Shown in pieces: positions 9,958 to 18,715 of a stretch of DNA of 64,000 bases. A model generated the notes under the pieces. It was given only the letters and a program-made list of their open reading frames with translations, was not told the DNA's origin and did not search any database. Origin of the DNA: Micavibrio aeruginosavorus. GTDB taxonomy: Bacteria > Pseudomonadota > Alphaproteobacteria > Micavibrionales > Micavibrionaceae. Numbering within the stretch: position 1 is the first letter of the stretch; each line of letters starts with the position of its first letter. The stretch is from assembly GCA_003241285.1 (NCBI GenBank), contig QFOT01000001.1, forward strand, positions 4,645-68,644, in the 5' to 3' direction. Position numbers and translations under genes: made by a program.

Positions 9958-9968
9958 AGGAGAGAAAC

Positions 9969-11690
9969 ATGGTTGACGCCAGAAAAGGTGCGATAGTAGC
10001 AGTTACAACCACAACTATTGGTGCTTGGGATGCTAGTAATTTTGCCGATGCCTTATTAAAGCATGAGAAATTGCTTATGCCTCAGGGCGGCCCCTCTATG
10101 TCAGTTCTGGAGCAGGTGACCAAGCTTAAAAACAACGCGCCTCATTTACAGAGAATTGCCTCTGCTTGGGAAAATAACAACGGCGTGCTTGATGGCTTCG
10201 CCAATGCTCTCAACAGAAATCCGGAGATGTTGAAAAAATTTCGGGAGATTGCTGTCAGGGATGGGGCTGACGGCCAAATGAACACTACGACCGGAATATT
10301 CAGCCGCTATTCGCAAGGCGGCGCTCAGGAATTGCAAAAAGCCATTAATGTTCAGCATCGCCAGTATTATCCAAATCAATATCAGGCAAATCCTGCCCCT
10401 GCTGCAAAATCTGCCCCTGCTGACGATCCATCTCCGTCAAGAGACAAAACGCCAGCCACGCCGAAACGAACGGCAGATACTGAACCTGCTGCCAGAAGAA
10501 CCGCTCCCGGCAGCGAAACCAAAGTTGCTCCTCCCGTAGCCGCCACTCCTGCAGGAGCGGCACCTGATACGCAGCCCGCAGCCGTTGCAGCCAGGCCTGA
10601 GAAGATTACTCAATTCGATGGAGATACGGCCAATATCGTTTTTCAGTCAGCGATTGGAACAGCCAGCACTATCTTTGGCACTGAGTTTAAACAGCAAGAA
10701 GATGATTTAACAAAAAGGTTAAACGAAGACCCCGCACTTCGCAACAAATTGGCTGATGCTATTAACCGCGACCCAGAATTACTAAAACAGCTTAGCAGTA
10801 AAGATGGCGGCGCAGGCGGATTTGATCAATTGGCCGAAGGCTTTGACAAACGTTCACCTGAACAGCAGGAAGCAATTCGCAATGCCTTCCGTGAACCCTA
10901 TAAACAACTTCTTCAGGATCCGACATTAATCGGCGATTCTTCATTCCGTACAGATATCGCCAAATCCGCGATCGGCGCGGTTCCTATTACTACTGCCATG
11001 GTAGGCAGAGAAGGCGGCCTTGTTGACCAGATAGGCGAAAAACTTCATAAAATGTATCCGGATCTTGAAAACGAAATAAATACTTTCAAGAACCAGATTA
11101 AGGGTGACCCGAAGCTGCAACAGCAAATCGCTGATAATCTGAATAACAATCCGGAATTTGTCGCGCAAATGATGAGTTTTGACGGCGAAGATAGTTCCGG
11201 CTTCATGGGCAGCATCAAGAAGATGTTTGGCAAAAGCACTATTCAAGACCTTCTTGCCAACCCGGCGAAACTTGCCAACGATAGTTATGTCGACAGCCTT
11301 TCCAGCAAGTTAAGCGGCGAAGGCGGTTTTATGGGCAGCATCATGAAATTCGTTCAGGGCCTTCTGGACATGATCGCGCCGATGTTCCAAAAAGGCGCAG
11401 CAGCGTTAAGCATGGGTAATGGCAGGGATCTTTTGGGTGATCTCGGCGGCTGGGCCAAGGATAATTTAGGCTTAGATTTCGGCACCGCGGATAACGTTAC
11501 GAAAGTTGATCATGCTAACGGACAAATTGTCGATCCGAATTCACCGAAGCCAAGGACCGACGATCCACAGCGTCCGCTTCAAGCTCCGGCGCAAAACGCT
11601 CAGATGGCAGATGTCGGAAAAACAATCCAGAACCTCCAACATCAGGCCCCTGCCACCGGGCCAAGTGGTGGCGGTGTCGTAGGTATTTAA
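9969..11690 (+). CDS. hypothetical repeat-containing protein with a Pro/Ala-rich linker (573 aa)
   Basis: Strong SD (gaggagag) 5 nt upstream of the ATG. Contains a low-complexity PAPAAKSAPADDPSPS...PAGAAPDTQPAAVAARP segment. Recurring motifs are NRNPEMLKKF / NRDPELLKQL / NNNPEFVAQM and GGFMGSI / SGFMGSI. No signal peptide. Confidence 0.7.
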   Translation: MVDARKGAIVAVTTTTIGAWDASNFADALLKHEKLLMPQGGPSMSVLEQVTKLKNNAPHLQRIASAWENNNGVLDGFANALNRNPEMLKKFREIAVRDGADGQMNTTTGIFSRYSQGGAQELQKAINVQHRQYYPNQYQANPAPAAKSAPADDPSPSRDKTPATPKRTADTEPAARRTAPGSETKVAPPVAATPAGAAPDTQPAAVAARPEKITQFDGDTANIVFQSAIGTASTIFGTEFKQQEDDLTKRLNEDPALRNKLADAINRDPELLKQLSSKDGGAGGFDQLAEGFDKRSPEQQEAIRNAFREPYKQLLQDPTLIGDSSFRTDIAKSAIGAVPITTAMVGREGGLVDQIGEKLHKMYPDLENEINTFKNQIKGDPKLQQQIADNLNNNPEFVAQMMSFDGEDSSGFMGSIKKMFGKSTIQDLLANPAKLANDSYVDSLSSKLSGEGGFMGSIMKFVQGLLDMIAPMFQKGAAALSMGNGRDLLGDLGGWAKDNLGLDFGTADNVTKVDHANGQIVDPNSPKPRTDDPQRPLQAPAQNAQMADVGKTIQNLQHQAPATGPSGGGVVGI

Positions 11691-11693
11691 TCA

Positions 11694-11726
11694 AAAACCC
11701 GGCCCTTGCGCCGGGTTTTATTTTAT
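11694..11726 (+). terminator. rho-independent terminator
   Basis: aaaacccggc-ccttgc-gccgggtttt hairpin followed by a T-rich run, directly after the stop of ORF 9969..11690. Confidence 0.8.
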
Positions 11727-11739
11727 TTAGATTACATCC

Positions 11740-12378
11740 ATGACTCTCGTAAAAATATGCGGCCTAAAAACGCCGGAAGCCATTGACGCCGCTGTGCAAG
11801 CCGGCGCGACTTTCCTTGGCTTTGTGTTCTTTGAAAAAAGCCCGCGCAATGTAACACCGGAAGAAGCGGCAACGCTGGTCGAGCGCGTGCCGGGCCATGT
11901 TAAAACCGTCGGCCTGTTCGTCGATCCATCAGACGAAGAAATATCCCGCGTTCTAAAAATCGCCAAGCTGGATATAATTCAGCTTCACGGCTCTGAAACG
12001 CCCCAGCGTAACGCCGAGATCAAATCCCGTTATAATCTGCCGATCATCAAGGCTGTTAAAATCTCCGCGCCGGAAGATCTGATCACGCTCGGCCCTGCGC
12101 AGGCCGTCGCCGACTGGGTTTTGTTTGACGCCAAGGCGCATGAAAAATCAGAGCTCCCCGGAGGTAACGGCATTGTTTTTGACTGGCAGTTACTTAAAGG
12201 CCTGAAAGTCACCAAGCCATGGATGCTATCGGGCGGGCTGCATGCCGAAAATATTAAAATCGCACTTGATGCCCTCTCGCCAGACGCGGTCGATGTATCC
12301 TCCGGTGTCGAAGACCTCCCCGGCTTTAAAAATCCGGCCAAAATCCGTGAATTTATCGAATTGGTTAAATCCCAATAA
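11740..12378 (+). CDS. trpF: phosphoribosylanthranilate isomerase
   Basis: 212 aa, KICGL start motif. Lies upstream of trpB/trpA in the alphaproteobacterial trpFBA arrangement. Confidence 0.9.
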   Translation: MTLVKICGLKTPEAIDAAVQAGATFLGFVFFEKSPRNVTPEEAATLVERVPGHVKTVGLFVDPSDEEISRVLKIAKLDIIQLHGSETPQRNAEIKSRYNLPIIKAVKISAPEDLITLGPAQAVADWVLFDAKAHEKSELPGGNGIVFDWQLLKGLKVTKPWMLSGGLHAENIKIALDALSPDAVDVSSGVEDLPGFKNPAKIREFIELVKSQ

Positions 12379-12381
12379 TTT

Positions 12382-12445
12382 GTCATTCCTGCGAAAGCAG
12401 GAATCTCTTTTTTATTAGACAGACCCCTGCCTCCGCAGGGGTGAC
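12382..12445. repeat. type-A element pair in inverted orientation
   Basis: Forward unit at 12382..12407 (gtcattcctgcgaaagcaggaatctc). Reverse variant at 12421..12445 (agacccctgcctccgcaggggtgac). Confidence 0.85.
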
Positions 12446-12488
12446 AAGAAGGGTTGTGCCCTTGTGCCATTGTGGTTAAAACAATTCC

Positions 12489-13694
12489 ATGACCTTAAAT
12501 TCCTATAAAAACCAACCCGACGAGCGCGGCCATTTCGGCCAATTCGGCGGACGCTATGTCGCCGAAACCCTGATGCCGCTTATTCTTCAAGTCGAGGAAG
12601 CTTATAATGCTGCTAAATCGGATGAAGATTTCTGGAAGCAATTTCACCTTCTCGCCCGCGATTTTATCGGTCGCCCATCGCCTCTTTTCTTTGCCGGAAG
12701 TTCTACACGTGAATTTGGCGGCGCCAAAATCTATCTGAAACGCGAAGACCTCAACCATACCGGGGCGCATAAAATCAACAACTGCCTCGGCCAGATCCTG
12801 CTCGCCAAGCGCATGGGCAAAACCCGCATCATTGCCGAAACCGGCGCGGGCCAGCACGGCGTCGCCACCGCCACTGTTTGCGCGCTGTTTAAAATGCCCT
12901 GCACGATTTTCATGGGCGCGACCGATATCGAACGCCAGAAACCGAATGTGTTCCGCATGAAACTTCTCGGCGCGGAAGTAAAAGCCGTGACATCGGGCGC
13001 CGGTACGTTGAAAGATGCAATGAACGAAGCGCTTCGTTACTGGGTCGCCAATGTTGACGACACGTTCTATATCATCGGCACGGCGGCGGGTCCGCACCCT
13101 TATCCCGCCATGGTGCGCGACTTCCAGACGATCATCGGCAAGGAAACGCGCGAACAAATCATGCAGCATGAAGGTAAATTACCGACGGCGCTGGTTGCCT
13201 GTATCGGCGGCGGCTCGAATGCGATTGGCATGTTCCATCCGTTTCTCGACGATCCGGATGTGCAGATGATAGGCGTCGAAGCGGGTGGTTACGGCCTTGA
13301 TAGCCTGCATGCCGCCTCCCTGACCGGCGGCAAACCCGGCGTACTTCACGGCAATAAAACCTATCTCCTGCAGAACGAAGACGGCCAGATCGAGGAAGCG
13401 CATTCAATCTCCGCCGGCCTCGATTATCCGGGCATCGGCCCTGAGCATTCATGGCTCTATGACGAAAAAAGGGTGCAATACGTATCCATCACTGACACGG
13501 AAGCAGTCGAGGGTTTTCAGCTCATGACGAAAATGGAAGGCATCATCCCGGCACTGGAATCGTCCCATGCCTATGCCCACATCCAGAAAATCGCCAGGAA
13601 CTACAAAAGCGATGATGTGATCGTCATGTGCCTGTCAGGCCGCGGCGATAAGGATATCTATACGATCGCCGAGAAACTGGGGATGGATTTATAA
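12489..13694 (+). CDS. trpB: tryptophan synthase beta chain
   Basis: 401 aa with the PLP-lysine motif [11 protein letters not shown] and GGGSNAIG. Confidence 0.97.
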   Translation: MTLNSYKNQPDERGHFGQFGGRYVAETLMPLILQVEEAYNAAKSDEDFWKQFHLLARDFIGRPSPLFFAGSSTREFGGAKIYLKREDLNHTGAHKINNCLGQILLAKRMGKTRIIAETGAGQHGVATATVCALFKMPCTIFMGATDIERQKPNVFRMKLLGAEVKAVTSGAGTLKDAMNEALRYWVANVDDTFYIIGTAAGPHPYPAMVRDFQTIIGKETREQIMQHEGKLPTALVACIGGGSNAIGMFHPFLDDPDVQMIGVEAGGYGLDSLHAASLTGGKPGVLHGNKTYLLQNEDGQIEEAHSISAGLDYPGIGPEHSWLYDEKRVQYVSITDTEAVEGFQLMTKMEGIIPALESSHAYAHIQKIARNYKSDDVIVMCLSGRGDKDIYTIAEKLGMDL

Positions 13695-13727
13695 GGCGCT
13701 TTTAAATAGCGGCGAATTATTTATACT

Positions 13728-14414
13728 TTGTCGCAGATGAAGCTGTGTTCCCCCGTCTCCTTTCTTCGTAAACATCACATTCTGCTGCAGACAGATTTAT
13801 GCCGCGCGGATCTCGGTATCGTTTTCGGCAATAAATATATCGTGCAGGAGCTGGCAGTTGATGCGGCACGCCTCTACCATAAGGGGTTCTTTCCTAAAAT
13901 TCTGGTGACGGGCGGCGTTGAAACTGCGGCGGGGTGCTGCGAGGCGGAGGCGACAGCTCATGCCCTTTTAAGCCTCGGCGTGAAACGCGAGGATATTCTG
14001 CTCGAAAGCGCCTCTACCCATACAGGCGAAAATGTCGCTTTTTCCCTTCCGCTAATCGATACGCATATAGGCCTTGAGAATATACATTCGGTCATCGGCT
14101 TCGGCCATTTTTGCGCCGGGCCGCGCTTTTTGATGACACTGGCACGCCACTGCCCTGATCTCCATGCCATGCATAAATCGGTTTTTCCGGCAGGGTGTAA
14201 CGAGACAAACTGGCACCTCGATCCTGTTCTCCTCGAACGCGCCATGCTGGAGAGGCGGAAAATCCCTGACTATATAGCGGCGGGCTTTATCGCCCCGGTC
14301 AGCATTCCGGCGATAAATGAAAAAACCGCTTCTTTGCGCCATCATCAGCTTTATGCGCCGCCTTATCCGAAATTGAATTCAAGCGGGCTGGACAGGACGC
14401 CCCTTCCGTTTTAA
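13728..14414 (+). CDS. DUF218/YdcF-like (ElyC/SanA-type) domain protein
   Basis: 228 aa, TTG at 13728 or ATG at 13737. Motifs KILVTGG...EAEA...STHTGENV are typical of YdcF-like proteins. Inserted between trpB and trpA. Confidence 0.6.
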   Translation: MSQMKLCSPVSFLRKHHILLQTDLCRADLGIVFGNKYIVQELAVDAARLYHKGFFPKILVTGGVETAAGCCEAEATAHALLSLGVKREDILLESASTHTGENVAFSLPLIDTHIGLENIHSVIGFGHFCAGPRFLMTLARHCPDLHAMHKSVFPAGCNETNWHLDPVLLERAMLERRKIPDYIAAGFIAPVSIPAINEKTASLRHHQLYAPPYPKLNSSGLDRTPLPF

Positions 14415-14424
14415 GCAATAGGGT

Positions 14425-15204
14425 ATGACCTCACGCATTTCCTCGATTTTCGCTTCTAATATAGCGGGCGGCAAAAAAGCCCTTGTCACCTATATCGTCG
14501 CCGGCGATCCTGATCTGGCGGCCTCGCAAGAAATTCTCGAAAGCCTGCCGGAAGCCGGGGCCGATATTATAGAGCTTGGCATTCCCTTCACCGATCCCAT
14601 GGCAGACGGTCCGGTTATCCAGGATGCCGCGCTCCGCGCCCTCGCCAACGGCATGACCATAGCCAAACTTTTCCAGATGGTGCGCGATTTCCGGATCAAG
14701 AATGACACAACGCCGATTGTCCTGATGGGCTATTTCAATTCCGTCTTTGCCTATGGCGCGGAAAAATTCGCCCTTGATGCGAAATCCGCCGGTGTTGATG
14801 GATTGTTGATCGTCGATCTCCCGAGCGAAGAAGAAGATGAACTGGTTATCCCGTGTAAAGAGCATGGGCTCGATTTTATCCGTCTTGCCACGCCAACCAC
14901 CGATGTCAAACGCCTTCCCAGCGTTTTGAAAAACGCTTCCGGTTTTCTTTATTATGTAGCTGTGGCGGGTATCACGGGAACGACCTCGGCCTCTGCTGAC
15001 AATCTCAAACCAGCCCTCGATGAAATCCGCAAACACACGAAACTCCCGATTTGCGTCGGCTTCGGCATTAAAACGCCGGAAGACGCGAAAGCCATGGCGG
15101 AAATTGCCGATGGCGTCGTTGTAGGCTCTGCCTTGGTAGATTTAATCAGCAAAAAAGCCGATCACTCGGCCTTTATTAAGTCATTAAAATCTTCGATTAT
15201 GTGA
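14425..15204 (+). CDS. trpA: tryptophan synthase alpha chain
   Basis: 259 aa with the ELGIPFTDPMADGPVIQ motif. Confidence 0.95.
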   Translation: MTSRISSIFASNIAGGKKALVTYIVAGDPDLAASQEILESLPEAGADIIELGIPFTDPMADGPVIQDAALRALANGMTIAKLFQMVRDFRIKNDTTPIVLMGYFNSVFAYGAEKFALDAKSAGVDGLLIVDLPSEEEDELVIPCKEHGLDFIRLATPTTDVKRLPSVLKNASGFLYYVAVAGITGTTSASADNLKPALDEIRKHTKLPICVGFGIKTPEDAKAMAEIADGVVVGSALVDLISKKADHSAFIKSLKSSIM

Positions 15205-15287
15205 AAATAAGCTTCCCTTCCCTTGACTTCCCACCCCCCATTTCCTGTATAGTCGGCCTTTCGTTTTGAATACTTAAGGAAACGCTT

Positions 15288-16295
15288 ATGAACTGGCTGA
15301 CCAACACCATCCTGCCGAAAATCCGCAACATTGTCGGCGCGAAAGAAGCGCCTGATAATCTGTGGCAGAAATGCCCCGGTTGTTCCGGCATGCTGTTCTC
15401 CAAGGACCTGGCCGAGAATTTGAATGTCTGCACGCATTGCGGCCATCACCTGAAAATGCCGGTCGAGGACCGTTTGAAAAACCTGTTCGATAAAGGCAGC
15501 TTTACCCGCGTCAAAGTGCCGGAAGTCGCCGCCGATCCTTTGAAATTCCGCGACAAGAAAAAATATGCCGATCGCCTGAAGGAAGCGCAGATCAAAACCG
15601 GCGAGCGTGACGGTATCATGGTCGGCGAAGGCACGATGGGTGATATTCCGGTCGTTATCGCCGCTTTCAATTTTGATTTCATGGGCGGCTCGATGGGGGC
15701 TGGCGTTGGCGAAGGCCTGGTAAAAGCCGCCGAAACCGCGATTGCCAAACGCGCAGCCTTGATCGCTATTCCCGCCTCGGGCGGCGCCCGCATGCAGGAA
15801 GGTATGTTCTCTCTGATGCAAATGCCAAGAACGACGATTGCCGTGCAGATGGTACAGGATGCAGGCCTTCCGTATTTCGTTCTGCTGACCGATCCGACCA
15901 CAGGCGGCGTTTCCGCTTCCTTCGCGATGCTCGGCGACATTCATATTTCCGAACCCGGCGCGATGATCGGCTTTGCCGGCAAGCGCGTGATCGAGGAAAC
16001 CATTCGCGAACAATTGCCGCCGGGTTTCCAGACAGCCGAATACTTAAAAGAACATGGCATGGTCGATATGGTGACGCACCGCAAGGATTTGCGCGACACC
16101 ATTATTCGACTGCTTGATCTCTTGATGCGCAAAGACCGCGCTGCAAAAGTTTCCGGCACGCCGGTTGCCGCAAAGCCTGATCTTAAGCCGTCAGGTCGCG
16201 GCGTCTTTACAGCCGACAGTTTCAAAGCACCGAAAGCGAAACTGAAAACGCCGGCTAATGAAGAAAAGCCCGCCGTTAAAGTGGTGAAGAAATAA
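15288..16295 (+). CDS. accD: acetyl-CoA carboxylase carboxyltransferase beta subunit
   Basis: N-terminal zinc ribbon CPGC...CTHCGHH and a carboxyltransferase core (GGSMGA..., GGARMQEG). Lys/Ala/Pro-rich C-terminal tail. Confidence 0.95.
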   Translation: MNWLTNTILPKIRNIVGAKEAPDNLWQKCPGCSGMLFSKDLAENLNVCTHCGHHLKMPVEDRLKNLFDKGSFTRVKVPEVAADPLKFRDKKKYADRLKEAQIKTGERDGIMVGEGTMGDIPVVIAAFNFDFMGGSMGAGVGEGLVKAAETAIAKRAALIAIPASGGARMQEGMFSLMQMPRTTIAVQMVQDAGLPYFVLLTDPTTGGVSASFAMLGDIHISEPGAMIGFAGKRVIEETIREQLPPGFQTAEYLKEHGMVDMVTHRKDLRDTIIRLLDLLMRKDRAAKVSGTPVAAKPDLKPSGRGVFTADSFKAPKAKLKTPANEEKPAVKVVKK

Positions 16296-16304
16296 TTGTC
16301 TTTT

Positions 16305-16369
16305 GTCATCCCTGCGAAAGCAGGGATCTCATTTATCCCGGGAAAGATTCCCGCCTTCGCATGAACGAC
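16305..16369. repeat. type-A element pair (forward copy plus degenerate reverse copy)
   Basis: Forward copy at 16305..16330 (gtcatccctgcgaaagcagggatctc). Degenerate reverse copy at 16345..16369 (agattcccgccttcgcatgaacgac). Confidence 0.75.
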
Positions 16370-16388
16370 ATATTTGTTTATATAGTTT

Positions 16389-17648
16389 ATGCCTGAAGAT
16401 ATTCTCGATCGCCTGACCAGACTCTATCCCAAAGCCATCGAGCCCGGCCTTGAGCGCACCTGTCGCATTTTGCACGATATTGGCGACCCGCATTTAAAAC
16501 TGCCGCCCGTCATTCACATCGCGGGCACCAATGGCAAAGGCTCGACGCTCGCTTTTATTCGCAGCCTTTTAGAGGACCACGGCAAGACATGTCATGTCAT
16601 GACCTCGCCGCATCTGGTTAAATTCAATGAACGGCTTGTCATTAGCGGAGAGGAAATTTCCGATGCCGAGCTTGAAAAACTATTGCTGCGCGTCGAAGCA
16701 TTGAACGCCGGAAAACCGGTTACGTTTTTTGAAATTACCACGGCGGCGGGAATGCTCGCCTTTGCTGAAAATCCTGCCGACTATACTTTGCTCGAAACCG
16801 GCATGGGCGGGCGGCTCGACTCGACCAATGTCATCGAGCATCCGCTTGTTACCATCATCACGAATATCTCGCTCGACCACATGCAGCATCTCGGCGACAG
16901 CCTTGCCAAGATCGCTTTTGAAAAAGCGGGGATCATGAAAAGCGGCGTTCCTTGTATTATCGGCCCCGGCAATGAAAGCGTCATGGACGTCTTCGAAAGC
17001 CGCGCCGCAGAATTAAACGCCCCGCTTTACCGGTATGGGCGGGAATGGGATTACGAAATTACGGATCGCGGTTTTACGCTGACCATTAACGGACAAGATT
17101 ACGAATGCCCGAAACCGAATCTGCTCGGCGATCATCAATACGCGAATGCGGCGACGGCTATAATGTCACTTCTGTCTCTGTCATTCCTGCGAAAGCAGGA
17201 ATCTCCTTTTCATGGCATTACGAAAGCCCTCTGGCCCGCCCGCCTGCAAAAACTCAACAGCGGGAAATTATTCGATCTCCTGCCGAAAGGCTGGGAGCTT
17301 TGGCTCGACGGCGGGCATAATGAGGCGGGCGGGAAAATCCTAGGCCATCAGGCGCGGCACTGGCAGGAAGAAGACGGCACCCCGCTGCATTTAATTCTTG
17401 GCATGCTGACCACCAAAGACCCCGCCCCGTTTTTCGATCATTTGAAACCCTATATCACCAGCGCCACCGCCATCCCGATCCCCGATGAAAAACTGGCTTT
17501 TTCTGCCCTTGATCTGGCGGATCGCCTGTCGATTCACTCGGCCCCGGCGCCCGACGCCGCCATCACAGACATCGTAAAAACGGCACCCTCCGGCCGCATT
17601 CTGATCACCGGATCTCTTTATCTGGCGGGGAGCATTCTAAAAAGTTAA
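16389..17648 (+). CDS. folC: bifunctional folylpolyglutamate synthase/dihydrofolate synthase
   Basis: 419 aa with P-loop HIAGTNGKGST. Lies downstream of accD as in many alphaproteobacteria. Carries an in-frame type-A repeat (residues SFLRKQES). Confidence 0.9.
   Translation: MPEDILDRLTRLYPKAIEPGLERTCRILHDIGDPHLKLPPVIHIAGTNGKGSTLAFIRSLLEDHGKTCHVMTSPHLVKFNERLVISGEEISDAELEKLLLRVEALNAGKPVTFFEITTAAGMLAFAENPADYTLLETGMGGRLDSTNVIEHPLVTIITNISLDHMQHLGDSLAKIAFEKAGIMKSGVPCIIGPGNESVMDVFESRAAELNAPLYRYGREWDYEITDRGFTLTINGQDYECPKPNLLGDHQYANAATAIMSLLSLSFLRKQESPFHGITKALWPARLQKLNSGKLFDLLPKGWELWLDGGHNEAGGKILGHQARHWQEEDGTPLHLILGMLTTKDPAPFFDHLKPYITSATAIPIPDEKLAFSALDLADRLSIHSAPAPDAAITDIVKTAPSGRILITGSLYLAGSILKS
17180..17205 (+). 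repeat. type-A element inside the folC reading frame
   Basis: gtcattcctgcgaaagcaggaatctc is identical to the intergenic copy at 12382. It is translated in frame as ...LSLSFLRKQESPFHG... Confidence 0.9.
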
Positions 17649-18631
17649 ACCATCCTCAATTCATGCACGGCCTGATGAGGAGCATCTAAAATTCTTTCTT
17701 GGATAATATGAGCTTTGAGTAAGCTTGACTGTTCATCCAGTTCAGATACAACGCGGCGCGTGTCCCTTACATTATCGGCTCTAAAACAGGCAACAGGAAG
17801 TCGCTCTCCCGCATCCATCATGATTGTAAGAGGACCGCGAACTTTTTCGGCGTCCACAATTTCTCTTGAAGTTGACGTAAAAAGGCCTATGCCTTTTTCT
17901 TCACAAAAATCTACAAATTCAGGGCGCAAGTCAAAGATAATGCAGTCAAATGCAAAACAGCCAACCTCTTCGTGAAACTTGCTTAATTTATCTAAGCCTT
18001 CTTTAGAATATGGAGTGTTCGGCTCTACTTTGAAGCCTGGCATTACTACGTTCTCTTTACCAAAAAGATCTGTAGTCCTTATAGCGGGCATTATTTTTAA
18101 CTCTGGTTCGTAGGCTTTTATCTCGCGCAAAGTTTCCCATTTAAAACTGTTAATGACAAAGCTGTCGAGAGGCAGTTTTCCTGCTGCTATATATCTGGAT
18201 ATTTCTTGATATACAGGATTGGCCGTATCTTCTCCCTTCAACTCAATATTGACCATAAGGTTTGAACCTGTACGAGCATGATACGATTTATTTTTCTCGA
18301 CGATTAAATCCAGAACATCGGTTAGCGAGGGAGTTTTATGCCCATTGCCGATATTAAGTTGCTGAAGTTCGTTCAAGGTATATTGAGAAACTAGGCCTAG
18401 ATCACTTGCCGATCTATCTGCTCCATATATTTTTTTATTTAATTCCTCGTCATGGATAACGGCTAATTGCTTATCGGCCGTCAGAAGAACGTCAAACTCT
18501 ACGCCATCGGCTCCTAGATCAATTGCATGCCGCAAGGCCGCCAATGAATTCTCAGGCAATGTTTCATTAAATATTCTAGTTAAAGTACTAGTTGGCCCCA
18601 TTCCACGATGGCCAATTACGCATACACTCAC
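17645..18631 (-). CDS. glycerophosphodiester phosphodiesterase (GDPD) family protein
   Basis: VIGHRGMGP...ENSLAALRHAIDLGADGVEFDVLLTADKQLAVIHDEEL, i.e. the HRG / E.D / HD motifs of the GDPD fold. No signal peptide. AT-richer than its neighbours. Confidence 0.8.
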   Translation of the reverse strand: MSVCVIGHRGMGPTSTLTRIFNETLPENSLAALRHAIDLGADGVEFDVLLTADKQLAVIHDEELNKKIYGADRSASDLGLVSQYTLNELQQLNIGNGHKTPSLTDVLDLIVEKNKSYHARTGSNLMVNIELKGEDTANPVYQEISRYIAAGKLPLDSFVINSFKWETLREIKAYEPELKIMPAIRTTDLFGKENVVMPGFKVEPNTPYSKEGLDKLSKFHEEVGCFAFDCIIFDLRPEFVDFCEEKGIGLFTSTSREIVDAEKVRGPLTIMMDAGERLPVACFRADNVRDTRRVVSELDEQSSLLKAHIIQERILDAPHQAVHELRMV

Positions 18632-18715
18632 TCAGTAACACCCTTAAATTAATTATGATTTTTTCATCATTTATTATTTATATATATTTAGTATAAAATA
18701 ATTACATAACCGTTA

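Noticed and set aside
12495-13169. Long antisense ORFs inside well-supported genes. Examples: 12495..13169 in trpB, 14431..15036 in trpA, 15162..16013 and 15446..15940 in accD, 8554..9183 in the patatin gene, 31728..32282 in rho, 46076..47086 in mnmG, 50430..51074, 25773..26318, 32698..33273 and 53143..53766.
   Set aside because: Each overlaps a gene whose opposite-strand or other-frame translation has clear family motifs. Their own translations are Arg/Gly/His-rich low-complexity sequences typical of antisense frames in GC-biased coding DNA.
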